From Gemmatimonadota bacterium (GTDB lineage Bacteria; Gemmatimonadota; Gemmatimonadetes; Gemmatimonadales; GWC2-71-9), in NCBI GenBank assembly GCA_036679605.1, contig JAZDCZ010000102.1:18152-82151 (forward strand): a stretch of 64,000 bases of DNA, in the 5' to 3' direction. Below the pieces are notes generated by a model. That model had not been told where the DNA came from. It did no database searches and saw nothing but the letters and a program-made list of their open reading frames with translations. Within the stretch, counting starts at the first letter, position 1. Each line of letters begins with the position of its first letter. Below, in pieces: positions 11,601 to 20,556 of the stretch. The position numbers and the translations under genes were made by a program.

Positions 11601-11706
11601 CCTCACAGCCGATCAGCGCTCTCAAATCAAATACCTCCGCAGCTGGATCACTCGGCTAGCTCCTCGTGTTGAGAACATTCTCAACACCAACAATCGGCTT
11701 AAATGA
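8638..11706 (+). CDS. Secreted Vps10/BNR-repeat (Asp-box) beta-propeller protein
   Basis: Signal peptide; repeated SxDGGxxW Asp boxes; FRNIGPAAMSGRI N-terminus; GTHGRGIWILD. Confidence 0.88.
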   Translation: MMHQARSAVHLATSVTLMLLATPATTLGQSMERVTTGLEFRNIGPAAMSGRIVDIEVLESNPHHIFIAAATGGVWETTNNGVTWSPIFKDEGTHSVGDIAVHQADTNIIWVGTGERANRQSSSWGDGVYKSTDGGRSWTNMGLHDSHHIGRIVLHPTDPNTIYVAALGHLWGPNEERGLYMSEDGGNTWTRPLFVDQNTGVVDVAMDPSDPAVMYAATYQRRRRPYGFDGGGPGSGLHKSTDGGRTWRKLTAGLPEGETGRIGISIYRSDPRIVYVSVEQGFHYNASTAYNERRAGIYRSDNKGETWQYMSDWNPRPMYASQPAVDPNNDQRIYMMNSFSYSDDGGKTFERARQSLHSDDRFLWVNPADSRNLIKADDGGLGISYDKGVTWLYMTNLPVSQYYRVAVDMRKPYWVYGGLQDNGSWMGPSATYRSEGILFEDWIKTGGGDGFVNLIDTTDNLTLYTESQYLGLSRVHLASGSRTWIRPDNARGAISPRRNWDAWGPGVPEPELANAMAPANWDGPFIISPHDHETIYAGTNQLWKSTDRGDTWGSLGDLTTGVNRRELEVMGRRAHDSTLSLDDGIPYYPTLTAVAESPLQQGLLFVGTDDGNLQISSNGGRDWTNVVGRLPALPPSPRISGIEPSRHNVGTVYVTVSNYRNDDFGNYVYKSTDSGKSWRSIVGDLPANRVARTIREDLRQPGVLYLGTELGLFYTADDGEHWSGLGGNLPTVAVNDLVIHPRDNDLILGTHGRGIWILDNINSLQELTQQVLASEAHLFTIESVEMIRYSREGGHRGDMIFRGANPARGAIIDYYLESSLDSADAITLAVYDSDGRKITQLNPHRDTGINRVIWDLHHSRLGPSDVGSGPPGPAGPWVLPGSYTVILTLGEQRLEQTLDIHEDPRIDVTDAVRREWHTTVQELAETIEGNMATVDAVSRSKALLDSLTDASSQDRARSAEIEEILPLITELRSRLQRLYGQIGNWPAPLTADQRSQIKYLRSWITRLAPRVENILNTNNRLK

Positions 11707-11718
11707 CAATGCACCCAG

Positions 11719-13848
11719 ATGTGGTTAGTTTCTGTCTTGCTCGATACCCAGTCTTTGGCAAACAGGAGAGTCGTGAAGATCTTGCCCCGCTTGTCTGATT
11801 GCTCCGACTGCAAACGTAGAGCCATACTCGGCTGTCTGCTTCTTAGCACGATCACGCTCCCTGCAGTGGCACAGCAAGACTCCATTCGTCTGCGTCCTGA
11901 CTCCCTACGACGCATCAACTTGAGCGAGGTCGTGATAGTCGCGACTGCGGATGCCCGCGACATGTTCACCTACACCTACGACCGCATCTCACTCGAGCAA
12001 ATTGAGAGATATGACGCGGCTATGGTCTCAGATTTCGCCCGTCTGATTCCAGCGGCTCATATTCAAACCAACTCTCGTGGCGAGACGCTGATCTATCTGC
12101 GAAATGCCGGTGAGCGCCAAGTCGGCGTATTCTTCGAAGGCGCTCTGCTAAATATCCCTTGGGACAACCGCGTTGACCTGAGCCTTGTTCCCGCCAGTGT
12201 CATTGGCGGAATGACAGTAGCAAAAGGAGTCCCTCCCATAGAGTACGGCACAAACGTTCTGGGCGGGGCCGTTAATTTGACGGCCAAGACATCAGATGGC
12301 ATGGGATCCGAAACTCAGTTGTCCACACGGTTTGGCACCGAGGACAGGCTTTTTTCTTCGATTACTCACCGCGGCACTCACGACAGGTTCAGCTACACCG
12401 GGTCACTATCGTACTTGAGATCAGACGGACAGGCATTAGCCGCAAATGCAAATCTCCCGTTCTCACAACTGGACAACAACATACGGACAAATACCGATTC
12501 GCGAATACTCAATTTGTTTGCTCACGGCTCATATGACCTGGCGCGCAATTCTCGAATTGGCTTGACCTTTATGCACTCGGATGCTCGTAAGGGAATAGCC
12601 CCGGAGGGTCACCTGGCACCGGCGCAATCGAGAGTTAGATTCTGGCGCTACCCCGACTGGGAAAATACAATTGCGATTGTCAGCACCAACGGATTCTCGG
12701 GAACCAACGCCTGGAAAGGGTCGGCATGGATATCGAAGTTTAGTCAAACGATCCAGTCGTTCGCCGCCGCGTCGTTTGACTCCCTTGAGGATAGAGAAGA
12801 AGACGACGACCTCACGGTGGGAGCGCGGTTCACCTTAACACGGCCACTGCTTTTCGGCGATGCGAAAGTTGCAGCTAACTGGCTGACCTCCACACATTGG
12901 CAACGCGACCTCGAACTCGAACCCGACGGCAAACCGTTAGCTGGTATGACCTTCCCCCGCCTCGCATTTCAGCAGCACTTGGTAAGTCTCGGCGGCGAGT
13001 ATACCTTCGCGGTCAATCCCACCCTCGATGTCAACGTCGGAGCAAGTTTTGACGCCATGTTTTTCCCAAAAACAGGCGACAAGCCACATCTAGATACGTT
13101 TACAGATTACACGGTCACAATGGGCACCGTATACAGTAGCGGCTCGGGTTGGTTTGTTCGTACCTCTCTGGGACGCAAGACTCGGTTCCCCACGATGCGG
13201 GAGCTGTTTGGAGCAGCGATCAACCGCTTTCTCATAAACCCCAACCTGAAGCCGGAGTCATCGACGCAGACCGAACTCGGTATTGGCGCGCGGACAGCTT
13301 CGTACTCCGGCGAAATCATACCGTTCGCCACGTTCACCTCCAATACAATTGACCAGATGTCAGTATTAGTCGATGGAGAAACCCGGCCACGGCGGAAGAG
13401 AATCAATTTGAGGGGCAGCAAAGTCCTAGGTGTCGAATTCGTCGCCAGTACGGCCCCTGTCGACAACTTCAGGTTCGAGGGTCACCTAACACTCATGCAT
13501 GTGCGGCGCCGACGAGAGACCGACGCCGATCCAAAGAGACTTGCCGAGAAACCAAATGCTCTCGGACGCCTGACGGCACAGTACGCGGACGACGATGGTA
13601 CTTCGTTCATGGTTGAAACCGAATACACTGGCCGGGCCTACTCCCTGAACGACTTCAATGAATTCGTACCACTCAACACTTCGATCGTGTTCAATTTCAG
13701 GTTGGCACAGGAGTTTGAAGTGTCGTCCTACCAACTGTGGGAGCTGTTCGTCCGCGGTGACAACGTGACCGACGACGTTGTGCTACCTCAACTCGGCCTC
13801 CCTGCACCCGGAAGATCCTGGTCGGGCGGGTTGAACGTGACCTTCTAG
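11719..13848 (+). CDS. TonB-dependent receptor (start codon uncertain)
   Basis: LSEVVIVA TonB-box-like segment, plug GGAVNL, NPNLKPE, C-terminal PGRSWSGGLNVTF. Confidence 0.88.
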   Translation: MWLVSVLLDTQSLANRRVVKILPRLSDCSDCKRRAILGCLLLSTITLPAVAQQDSIRLRPDSLRRINLSEVVIVATADARDMFTYTYDRISLEQIERYDAAMVSDFARLIPAAHIQTNSRGETLIYLRNAGERQVGVFFEGALLNIPWDNRVDLSLVPASVIGGMTVAKGVPPIEYGTNVLGGAVNLTAKTSDGMGSETQLSTRFGTEDRLFSSITHRGTHDRFSYTGSLSYLRSDGQALAANANLPFSQLDNNIRTNTDSRILNLFAHGSYDLARNSRIGLTFMHSDARKGIAPEGHLAPAQSRVRFWRYPDWENTIAIVSTNGFSGTNAWKGSAWISKFSQTIQSFAAASFDSLEDREEDDDLTVGARFTLTRPLLFGDAKVAANWLTSTHWQRDLELEPDGKPLAGMTFPRLAFQQHLVSLGGEYTFAVNPTLDVNVGASFDAMFFPKTGDKPHLDTFTDYTVTMGTVYSSGSGWFVRTSLGRKTRFPTMRELFGAAINRFLINPNLKPESSTQTELGIGARTASYSGEIIPFATFTSNTIDQMSVLVDGETRPRRKRINLRGSKVLGVEFVASTAPVDNFRFEGHLTLMHVRRRRETDADPKRLAEKPNALGRLTAQYADDDGTSFMVETEYTGRAYSLNDFNEFVPLNTSIVFNFRLAQEFEVSSYQLWELFVRGDNVTDDVVLPQLGLPAPGRSWSGGLNVTF

Positions 13849-16695
13849 TTATGGAATCGCTACGGCGGCACCAGACCTTCGCGGATCTGCTCCAGCTCTG
13901 ACCCGACCCCTATCGATCCGGACAGCTGCGCCATATCCCATACGTAGTTCACCTCTGAGCGAGATGCGATGGAATTCGTGCCCCATGGCGGTCAACGTCT
14001 TCATGATCTCGGGCGCAAAGCCATCCTCTATCTGCACGACAATATCCTGCACCTTTCCGTTTTGCCTTTGAACTCCGACCAGGAACCTCGGCAACTCTAA
14101 TGCACGCTGAGGTCCTAGATCTGAATCGATCGTTGCCGCCACTATCTGGTATACCGCCGACGTGATCCACGCATTGCCTGCAGCTCCGACCGCCAGCAAC
14201 GGTGTCTTCTTTTTGCCCGTTCCCTTGAATACCAAGGTCGGAGCTATACTGGTGCTGTGTCGCGCGAATGGTATCCGGGCGCCGAATGCGGCAGGGTCCG
14301 TTCGATAGGAACGCAACTTGTCATTGTAGAGAAAGCCAAGTCCTGGAGTTACATAGAAGTTGCCTCCCCAAGTGCCCAGCGTTTGTGTAACCGCAACGAA
14401 GTTTCCCTTGGCATCCGCGACCGCAAACGCAGTTGTTCCCGATGCCAAACACCCTCGATCGTCATTCCAGCTGCAGTCGGGCAGCTCCTCACCCCACGAC
14501 ATCGCGACATCGACAGTGTCTGCACATGCAATGTCGTCTCCCTTGGTCTGCAGCTCCTCCGGGCCGGAACTACTGTCAGTATCAAAGCAGCGCTCCCAAT
14601 GCCTCTTGGCACTGTCCTTGTCTACCGCCGGCGTGATATCGACAGGCCAGAGGTCCGGGTCGGCCAAACGTCCAAATAGGGACGGAGAGAGTTTCCATGC
14701 CTCTATCATGGCATGAAGTGTTGGTGCGTCCTCGGTGTACAGGCCAGGTTTCGCAAACTGATCCAACAGATTGAGCTTCGCTATCAGCGAGGCCCCACCA
14801 CTCGCTGCCGGCGCGGACGAGTAGATCGTGTGGCCGTGGTACGTCCCCGTTACGGGGGTGCGCCTAGCGGCATAGTAGCGCGCCATATCACTCGACGAAA
14901 TGGCGTTTCCCTTTCCTCTTAGGTCCGACACGAGTCGCTCGGCAACGGCGCCGCGGTAAAATGCATCGGCCCCGCTGTCTGCTATTTGGCGGAGGGTCCA
15001 CGCCAAATCGAGATTCCTCAGAGTGTCACCGGCGGCAAGTGGCTCGCCATCGGGAAAAAACAATGCACGGCTACCTTCATACTTGAGAAATCGATTGCGC
15101 TCTCGCGCCAATGTCGTCGTGAACGCGTCGTCCAAGACAAAACCGTTTTCCGCCAACTCGACAGCCGGCTCAACAAGCTCAGCCCACTTCAGCTTTCCGC
15201 TACCGAATTCCTTCCACGCCTTCCACATGCCGGCGACCGTACCGGGGACATTCGCCACGACAGGCCCGTCGCGCGGGAGGCTCCCGTTTTCAAGCAGCGC
15301 AGCGTTATCCAGGCCGGCGTGCTCGGGCACACGAGTCAGAAACTCTATGACAACCGGCTCCGCCATACCAGTCAGGTACAGCACCATCTCGCCATAGCCC
15401 CCTACGCCACTAGCGTCCGGTTCCACTACGCCAAGAGCAAAAGACACGGCCACCGCTGCATCAACCACGTTACCGCCTTTGCTCAGCATCTTCGCTCCAG
15501 CGGCAGTGGCCAAAGGATTCGCGCTAGAGACACCGGCGCTGCTGCTGACCTCGCTACGCATCTGGGGGTGATGTTGAATGATCTTGTAAGTAGCCGCCTC
15601 AGCTTTATCGAGAGTTTCCGCGGCGACAGCCTGCGGCCGGAACTTGGCTCTTAGTTCGTCCCACCTATCGGCTTCGTTGGTCTCATAGTAGAGCCGCTTC
15701 ATCCTGCTCCACACTCGGTCGAACAATTCAGCATTATGCGCGGTGCGCTCCCTACTCGCGTCTACCGATATCTGACTCAGATCTGCGTCTGGAAGACTGG
15801 GAGCCGGTACTAACCACAAACGACCATCCAGCGCACCGTCGTCCCCGTCCTTGCGATCCCCTAGCCTGTTCGGATCACCATTGTACCCGGGCGCCGGCCT
15901 AGGTAATTCTGCTAGGGCGAGTTGCTGTCCGTCCGGCGACCAAGTTGGCTGTGCCTGCTTCACGCTTACGAGGTTCGTGTAACTCCCGTCGAGCGGTGTT
16001 ACCCATACCCCAGTCCTACCTCTACGCGTCACAAACGCGATTACATCACCATTGGGCGACCAGGATGGATACTCGACCTGCATGTTGCCGATAACGACCC
16101 TGTCGTCCGCACCATCAATGGAACCGATTCGCAGCTGCCTTCGACCGTTCAACTCAGATACGTAGATGATTTGCACACCATCGGGCGAGAAGGCCGGAGA
16201 TCTCTCTGCGCCTTTCCGTTTGGTTAGTCGACTGACTTCTCCATCGATTACGGTCCAGAGATCCGCCAGCGGTCCCTGTCCACGGACGAACACGATGTCA
16301 CCTTTCTTCGAAACACTTGGCTCCCCATCTGAGTATGGCGAGTCAGTAACCGCGGTGGCCGGTTCTGTACCACCACTCTCATCTACATCGACTCTCCACA
16401 AGTCGAACTTTCCTGCTCGATCGGATGAGAAGATCAGGGCGGTTCCGTCACTCGTCCACGCAGGCTCCCTGTCCCACGCTGGGCCCGATGTGACTTGGAC
16501 GATCACCGTACTGTCGTTGAGTTTCACCGCGGCATCGTGCTTGCCAAAAGCCATGATCCACAGATCGCCCTTGAGTTCGAACGCTAGGCGTCCCGTAGAC
16601 GAATAGATCGGGTTACGAACTCCCGCTCGGAAGATGACGTTGCTATCAGGAGACTGCGTGGCAAGAGCCAGAAGCGCGCACAGCGTAACGATCAT
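13849..16695 (-). CDS. Gamma-glutamyltransferase family protein fused to an N-terminal TolB/PD40 beta-propeller
   Basis: PD40 repeats (PAWTSDG, PAFSPDG, PSWSPNG, PTWSPDG), then GGNVVDAAVA...VEPDASGVGG, VPGTVAG, nucleophile Thr in GTTAFAVAD, and GADPRR. Confidence 0.88.
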   Translation of the reverse strand: MIVTLCALLALATQSPDSNVIFRAGVRNPIYSSTGRLAFELKGDLWIMAFGKHDAAVKLNDSTVIVQVTSGPAWDREPAWTSDGTALIFSSDRAGKFDLWRVDVDESGGTEPATAVTDSPYSDGEPSVSKKGDIVFVRGQGPLADLWTVIDGEVSRLTKRKGAERSPAFSPDGVQIIYVSELNGRRQLRIGSIDGADDRVVIGNMQVEYPSWSPNGDVIAFVTRRGRTGVWVTPLDGSYTNLVSVKQAQPTWSPDGQQLALAELPRPAPGYNGDPNRLGDRKDGDDGALDGRLWLVPAPSLPDADLSQISVDASRERTAHNAELFDRVWSRMKRLYYETNEADRWDELRAKFRPQAVAAETLDKAEAATYKIIQHHPQMRSEVSSSAGVSSANPLATAAGAKMLSKGGNVVDAAVAVSFALGVVEPDASGVGGYGEMVLYLTGMAEPVVIEFLTRVPEHAGLDNAALLENGSLPRDGPVVANVPGTVAGMWKAWKEFGSGKLKWAELVEPAVELAENGFVLDDAFTTTLARERNRFLKYEGSRALFFPDGEPLAAGDTLRNLDLAWTLRQIADSGADAFYRGAVAERLVSDLRGKGNAISSSDMARYYAARRTPVTGTYHGHTIYSSAPAASGGASLIAKLNLLDQFAKPGLYTEDAPTLHAMIEAWKLSPSLFGRLADPDLWPVDITPAVDKDSAKRHWERCFDTDSSSGPEELQTKGDDIACADTVDVAMSWGEELPDCSWNDDRGCLASGTTAFAVADAKGNFVAVTQTLGTWGGNFYVTPGLGFLYNDKLRSYRTDPAAFGARIPFARHSTSIAPTLVFKGTGKKKTPLLAVGAAGNAWITSAVYQIVAATIDSDLGPQRALELPRFLVGVQRQNGKVQDIVVQIEDGFAPEIMKTLTAMGHEFHRISLRGELRMGYGAAVRIDRGRVRAGADPRRSGAAVAIP

Positions 16696-16707
16696 TTAGT
16701 CCGCCTT

Positions 16708-18006
16708 TCAGCGACGCTTTGCTTTGATGAATACATCGATGCCGCCCGGCCGATCGTTGACGTAGCTCAGCTGAACCCGGCCGTCGTCCGTCTCACTCAG
16801 TTGTGCCGGAATTGAGTTTGCCGTCACATACCAACCCGCAGGCAACACGACGACGTTGCGGGATCGTCCAAAGCTTCGGTCCCAGATTAGTTCGCCTCCA
16901 ACCCGAAGATATCGACTTGGATCTGTGTACGTCTCCTCGATACGCAGGCGTGCCGAGTGACCGGGTTGCACAGGATCGAACCATATCACCACGACCTCCG
17001 TCTCCGGAGAAATGTCCGGGCCAATATCGATGCCTCGAGCGGAGATGTCCGAACCCCTTAGGGTCTCTACTTTCAGCTGTTCACCGGTGTCCAGCAGGCG
17101 CGCCGAGGGGTTATCTGCCTTGCTGCCAGACCGAACAACATTCAAATAGCGATCCACTCCCTCTCGTGTCTCAGTGTAATCATGATAGAGCCTGAACGAG
17201 TGTGATTCGGGATCTTGGAGGAAATAAACAATTTCTCTATCCTGTGAGGCCCTCTCGGAGAACTTGTAGTCGATACGTGCACCCTGTCGTGTCTCAGATG
17301 CAATCGTGCGTGGCGCACTCGCTGACTGCTCACGTAGATTGTCTTGACCGGCAAGGCCGGATGCTTTGTCCGGGAGCCTCCGGGCGCGCACCTGGTACGG
17401 TACTGAAGCCAGACCACGGTTCATGAAGCTGATCTTGATCCTGCCATCGGCCTCCGTCACCACTTGTGAAGGGTAATTGCAGCCGATCAGTTCGTAGCCA
17501 ATCGGAAGAACCACCGAGTTTCGCTTAATGCCGAGCGAACGCGAGAACAATATCTCTCCATCCTCGACGGTATAGCTCTTTGGATCCTTGTATGTCTTGT
17601 CTATCCGGAGCCTTGTCTCCCCACCCGCCGGAACGGGCCTGGCAAGCCTTATCTTGATGTAACGCTCATCTGCTCGAAGATTGCTGAATCCCTCTTCGCG
17701 GGCACTGCGTCCCTCAACGATTTCCCACGTCAGTTCGCGGCCCGTCATGAGATCGTACACCGTATGTACGATCGCCTCGCTGCCTGGCCGAATACCGTTG
17801 AAGAAATACTCGGATCCTTCTGCCGTGGCACTCACATCATAGTAGATCCTGAAACTGCTGCTGGATGGATCGAGCAGTTCATAGCGGGTATAATCGTCAG
17901 TCTGTGTCTGCCGCCGAGCTTGGCCATAGGATGAACTGGTCGCACTCACACTGAGAGCAGAGGCAACGATCAACACTCTTGCCACCGATCCGGGGATGCT
18001 GCACAT
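16708..18006 (-). CDS. Secreted hypothetical protein made of two homologous domains
   Basis: Signal peptide; internal repeat (RLRIDKTYKDP...RNSVVLPIGY vs RLRIEETYTDP...RNVVVLPAGW). Confidence 0.8.
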   Translation of the reverse strand: MCSIPGSVARVLIVASALSVSATSSSYGQARRQTQTDDYTRYELLDPSSSSFRIYYDVSATAEGSEYFFNGIRPGSEAIVHTVYDLMTGRELTWEIVEGRSAREEGFSNLRADERYIKIRLARPVPAGGETRLRIDKTYKDPKSYTVEDGEILFSRSLGIKRNSVVLPIGYELIGCNYPSQVVTEADGRIKISFMNRGLASVPYQVRARRLPDKASGLAGQDNLREQSASAPRTIASETRQGARIDYKFSERASQDREIVYFLQDPESHSFRLYHDYTETREGVDRYLNVVRSGSKADNPSARLLDTGEQLKVETLRGSDISARGIDIGPDISPETEVVVIWFDPVQPGHSARLRIEETYTDPSRYLRVGGELIWDRSFGRSRNVVVLPAGWYVTANSIPAQLSETDDGRVQLSYVNDRPGGIDVFIKAKRR

Positions 18007-18140
18007 AGGATGTCCTCTCGCCTGTCACATCGGTAAACAGAAATTTGGCCCACGCAAGATAAGATCTCGAACACCCCGTGGCGAGACTTAGCGCTGATCG
18101 TCTTGACAAAGCGACTAGCTATGCGGAGCATTGTGCACCC

Positions 18141-19472
18141 ATGCATTTAGACGACCAGCCTAAACTACAGCGCGCTATCAGATTGCCACACGCCACTGCG
18201 ATGGTCGTGGGCACCATAATCGGTGCAACAATATTCGTACAACCTTCTGAGATTACTGGGCACGTTAATTCCATACCAGGAGTATTCCTGGTTTGGGCAG
18301 TTGCCGGCATTCTGACCCTGTTCGGCGCTCTGGTGTGCGCGGAATTGGCCAGCACGTTTACTCGGTGTGGCGGCGTGTACGTCTACCTCAGCGAGGCCTA
18401 CTCCCCTGCAGTGGGCTTCCTTTGGGGTTGGGCGATGCTGTGGAGCATGCACTCCGGGATTATTGCTGTAGTGTCGGTTGTCTTCGCAAGATACCTTGCA
18501 TTCTTCATCCCCATGGGACCTGCCGGCATCAAGGCGGCGGCCGTGGGTCTGATCGTACTGCTATCTGCCATCAACTATCGCGGTGTCAGACAAGGTAGTG
18601 CACTTCAAACTGCCTTCACTGTTGGCAAGCTCATCGCGATCGTACTCATTGTTGTCCTCGGTGTTGTGTTAGGGTCGGGTGTCCAGCACCATTTTCAGTC
18701 CAGCGGCCCGTCCAACTTTTCTTTGGGAGAGTTTGGTCTTGCAGTATCGGCAGGCCTGTTCGCCTTCGGCGGCTGGCACATGGTGACCTACAATTCAGAA
18801 GAAACGGTCAACCCCAAGACTACGATTCCACGCGCTCTTCTGTATGGCATAGTGATCGTTACGGGCTGCTACATAGCAATGAACGCTGTCTACATGTACA
18901 TCCTACCCCTCGATACCGTAGCATCATCTACTCGGGTGGCTGCTGATGCCGCTGATGCGGTCATTGGATTCGGGGGCGGAGCAGCCATGTCTGCATTGGT
19001 AATCTTCTCCACCTTCGGAGCTTTGAGTGGAATCATCCTCAGCGGGCCCCGGGTGTATTTCGCCATGGCACGAGACGGCCAGCTGTTCGGTTGGTTAGGT
19101 GTCGTACACCGGAAGTACAAGACGCCGCACCGAGCAATAGCCATCCAGGCCATCTTGTCGTCGGCTCTTGTGGTTACAGGTACCTACCGCACTCTTTTCA
19201 CCCGGGTTGTATACACCGAGTGGATATTCTTCGGTCTCATGGCCGTTGGATTGATCGTGCTTCGACGCAGGAAAGATGTTTCCCGCCAGTACTCTGTCTG
19301 GGGCTACCCCATCATTCCGGCGAGTTTTGCCGTCGCTTCCCTGCTCATAGTCATCAACCAAGTTGCGTCCGACCCTGCCGAAAGTATATTTGGCATCTCC
19401 CTCATTCTAATTGGACTACCCGTTTACTTCTTCTGGGCCAGAAAGGCAGAGAATGACGCAATGACATCATGA
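18141..19472 (+). CDS. APC-family amino acid permease
   Basis: VVGTIIGATIF and FAFGGW motifs, about 12 hydrophobic segments. Confidence 0.9.
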   Translation: MHLDDQPKLQRAIRLPHATAMVVGTIIGATIFVQPSEITGHVNSIPGVFLVWAVAGILTLFGALVCAELASTFTRCGGVYVYLSEAYSPAVGFLWGWAMLWSMHSGIIAVVSVVFARYLAFFIPMGPAGIKAAAVGLIVLLSAINYRGVRQGSALQTAFTVGKLIAIVLIVVLGVVLGSGVQHHFQSSGPSNFSLGEFGLAVSAGLFAFGGWHMVTYNSEETVNPKTTIPRALLYGIVIVTGCYIAMNAVYMYILPLDTVASSTRVAADAADAVIGFGGGAAMSALVIFSTFGALSGIILSGPRVYFAMARDGQLFGWLGVVHRKYKTPHRAIAIQAILSSALVVTGTYRTLFTRVVYTEWIFFGLMAVGLIVLRRRKDVSRQYSVWGYPIIPASFAVASLLIVINQVASDPAESIFGISLILIGLPVYFFWARKAENDAMTS

Positions 19473-20446
19473 CGGTCATCGACTTTCACAACCATTACTA
19501 TCCGCCAGCCTACCTCGAGGCGCTGAAGGCCGGATCCAGCATCAAGATTACGATCGACTCTGATAACAATCCAGTTCTACATTACCCCGGCGACTACAAC
19601 ATCATTGTACCGGGACACAGAGACATCGCATTCCGCCAGAATGTCCTGGATGAAGAAGGTGTGGACAAGCAGATATTGACGCTCACATCTCCGGGTACTC
19701 ATATCGAAGCACCGGAACTCGCGGTCCCTCTGGCCAGGACAATCAACGATTGCCTAGCCAACATCGTTGCTACGCGAGGTGACCGGTTCGCCGCCCTCGC
19801 CACTCTGCCATTGAATGATCCCGAGGCCTCTGTCGAGGAGTTAGAGCGGGCGGTCACGGAGCTGGGCTTCAAGGGATGCATGCTGTTCAGCAACGTCAAC
19901 GGCACGGCCTTGAGCGACGAGCAGTTCATCCCACTCTACGAGCTAGCCGATCGGCTGGGAGTGGTTTTTTACATCCATCCGATCCATCCGGTCGGAGTCG
20001 AGGCCATGACTGACTATTGGCTGATGCCGTTGCTCGGATTCACGTTCGACACCACTCTGGCGGCAGCAAAGCTGGTCTTCAGCGGAGTTGTCGAGCGGTT
20101 CCCGCGAATCCGGTGGGCGCTCGGCCACCTCGGGGGCGCGATACCCTACCTCGCCGAACGCCTCGACCGCGGTTACGAGGCGTTTGAGGAGTGTAGGCGC
20201 AACATCAGCCGTCCGCCCACCGAATACCTAAAACAGTTCTACTACGATACGGTGAACTTCGATGTACGGGCGCTACAGCTCGCCATTGATTTTGCCGGTG
20301 TCGATCACATCGTCGCCGGCAGCGATTACCCTCACCGCATCGGTAGCATCCGGAGCATGCTACAGAGTATCGAGGCGCTGGACCTGACCCCAGACGATCG
20401 AGCCAAGGTTTTGGGAGGCAACGCCAGAGCCCTGCTGAGTCTCTGA
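19469..20446 (+). CDS. Amidohydrolase_2 family protein (ACMSD-like decarboxylase/hydratase)
   Basis: IDFHNH, YIHP, GHLGG and GSDYPH motifs; ATGA overlap with the permease. Confidence 0.88.
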   Translation: MTVIDFHNHYYPPAYLEALKAGSSIKITIDSDNNPVLHYPGDYNIIVPGHRDIAFRQNVLDEEGVDKQILTLTSPGTHIEAPELAVPLARTINDCLANIVATRGDRFAALATLPLNDPEASVEELERAVTELGFKGCMLFSNVNGTALSDEQFIPLYELADRLGVVFYIHPIHPVGVEAMTDYWLMPLLGFTFDTTLAAAKLVFSGVVERFPRIRWALGHLGGAIPYLAERLDRGYEAFEECRRNISRPPTEYLKQFYYDTVNFDVRALQLAIDFAGVDHIVAGSDYPHRIGSIRSMLQSIEALDLTPDDRAKVLGGNARALLSL

Positions 20447-20484
20447 GAGGGGACCCACACGACAAAGCGGCCGGGACCAAGAGC

Positions 20485-20523
20485 AGAGAGGGGATAGACA
20501 ACTAAGCGGTCTATCCCCTCTCT
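20485..20523. terminator. Probable bidirectional terminator
   Basis: 15-bp stem AGAGAGGGGATAGAC / GTCTATCCCCTCTCT between convergent genes. Confidence 0.75.
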
Positions 20524-20556
20524 ATTCCATGACATCTACCCTAGGCGTCTATCCGT

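Noticed and set aside
13846..13851. Convergent genes abutting with zero gap (also 57415/57416)
   Set aside because: Common in compact genomes; no additional signal
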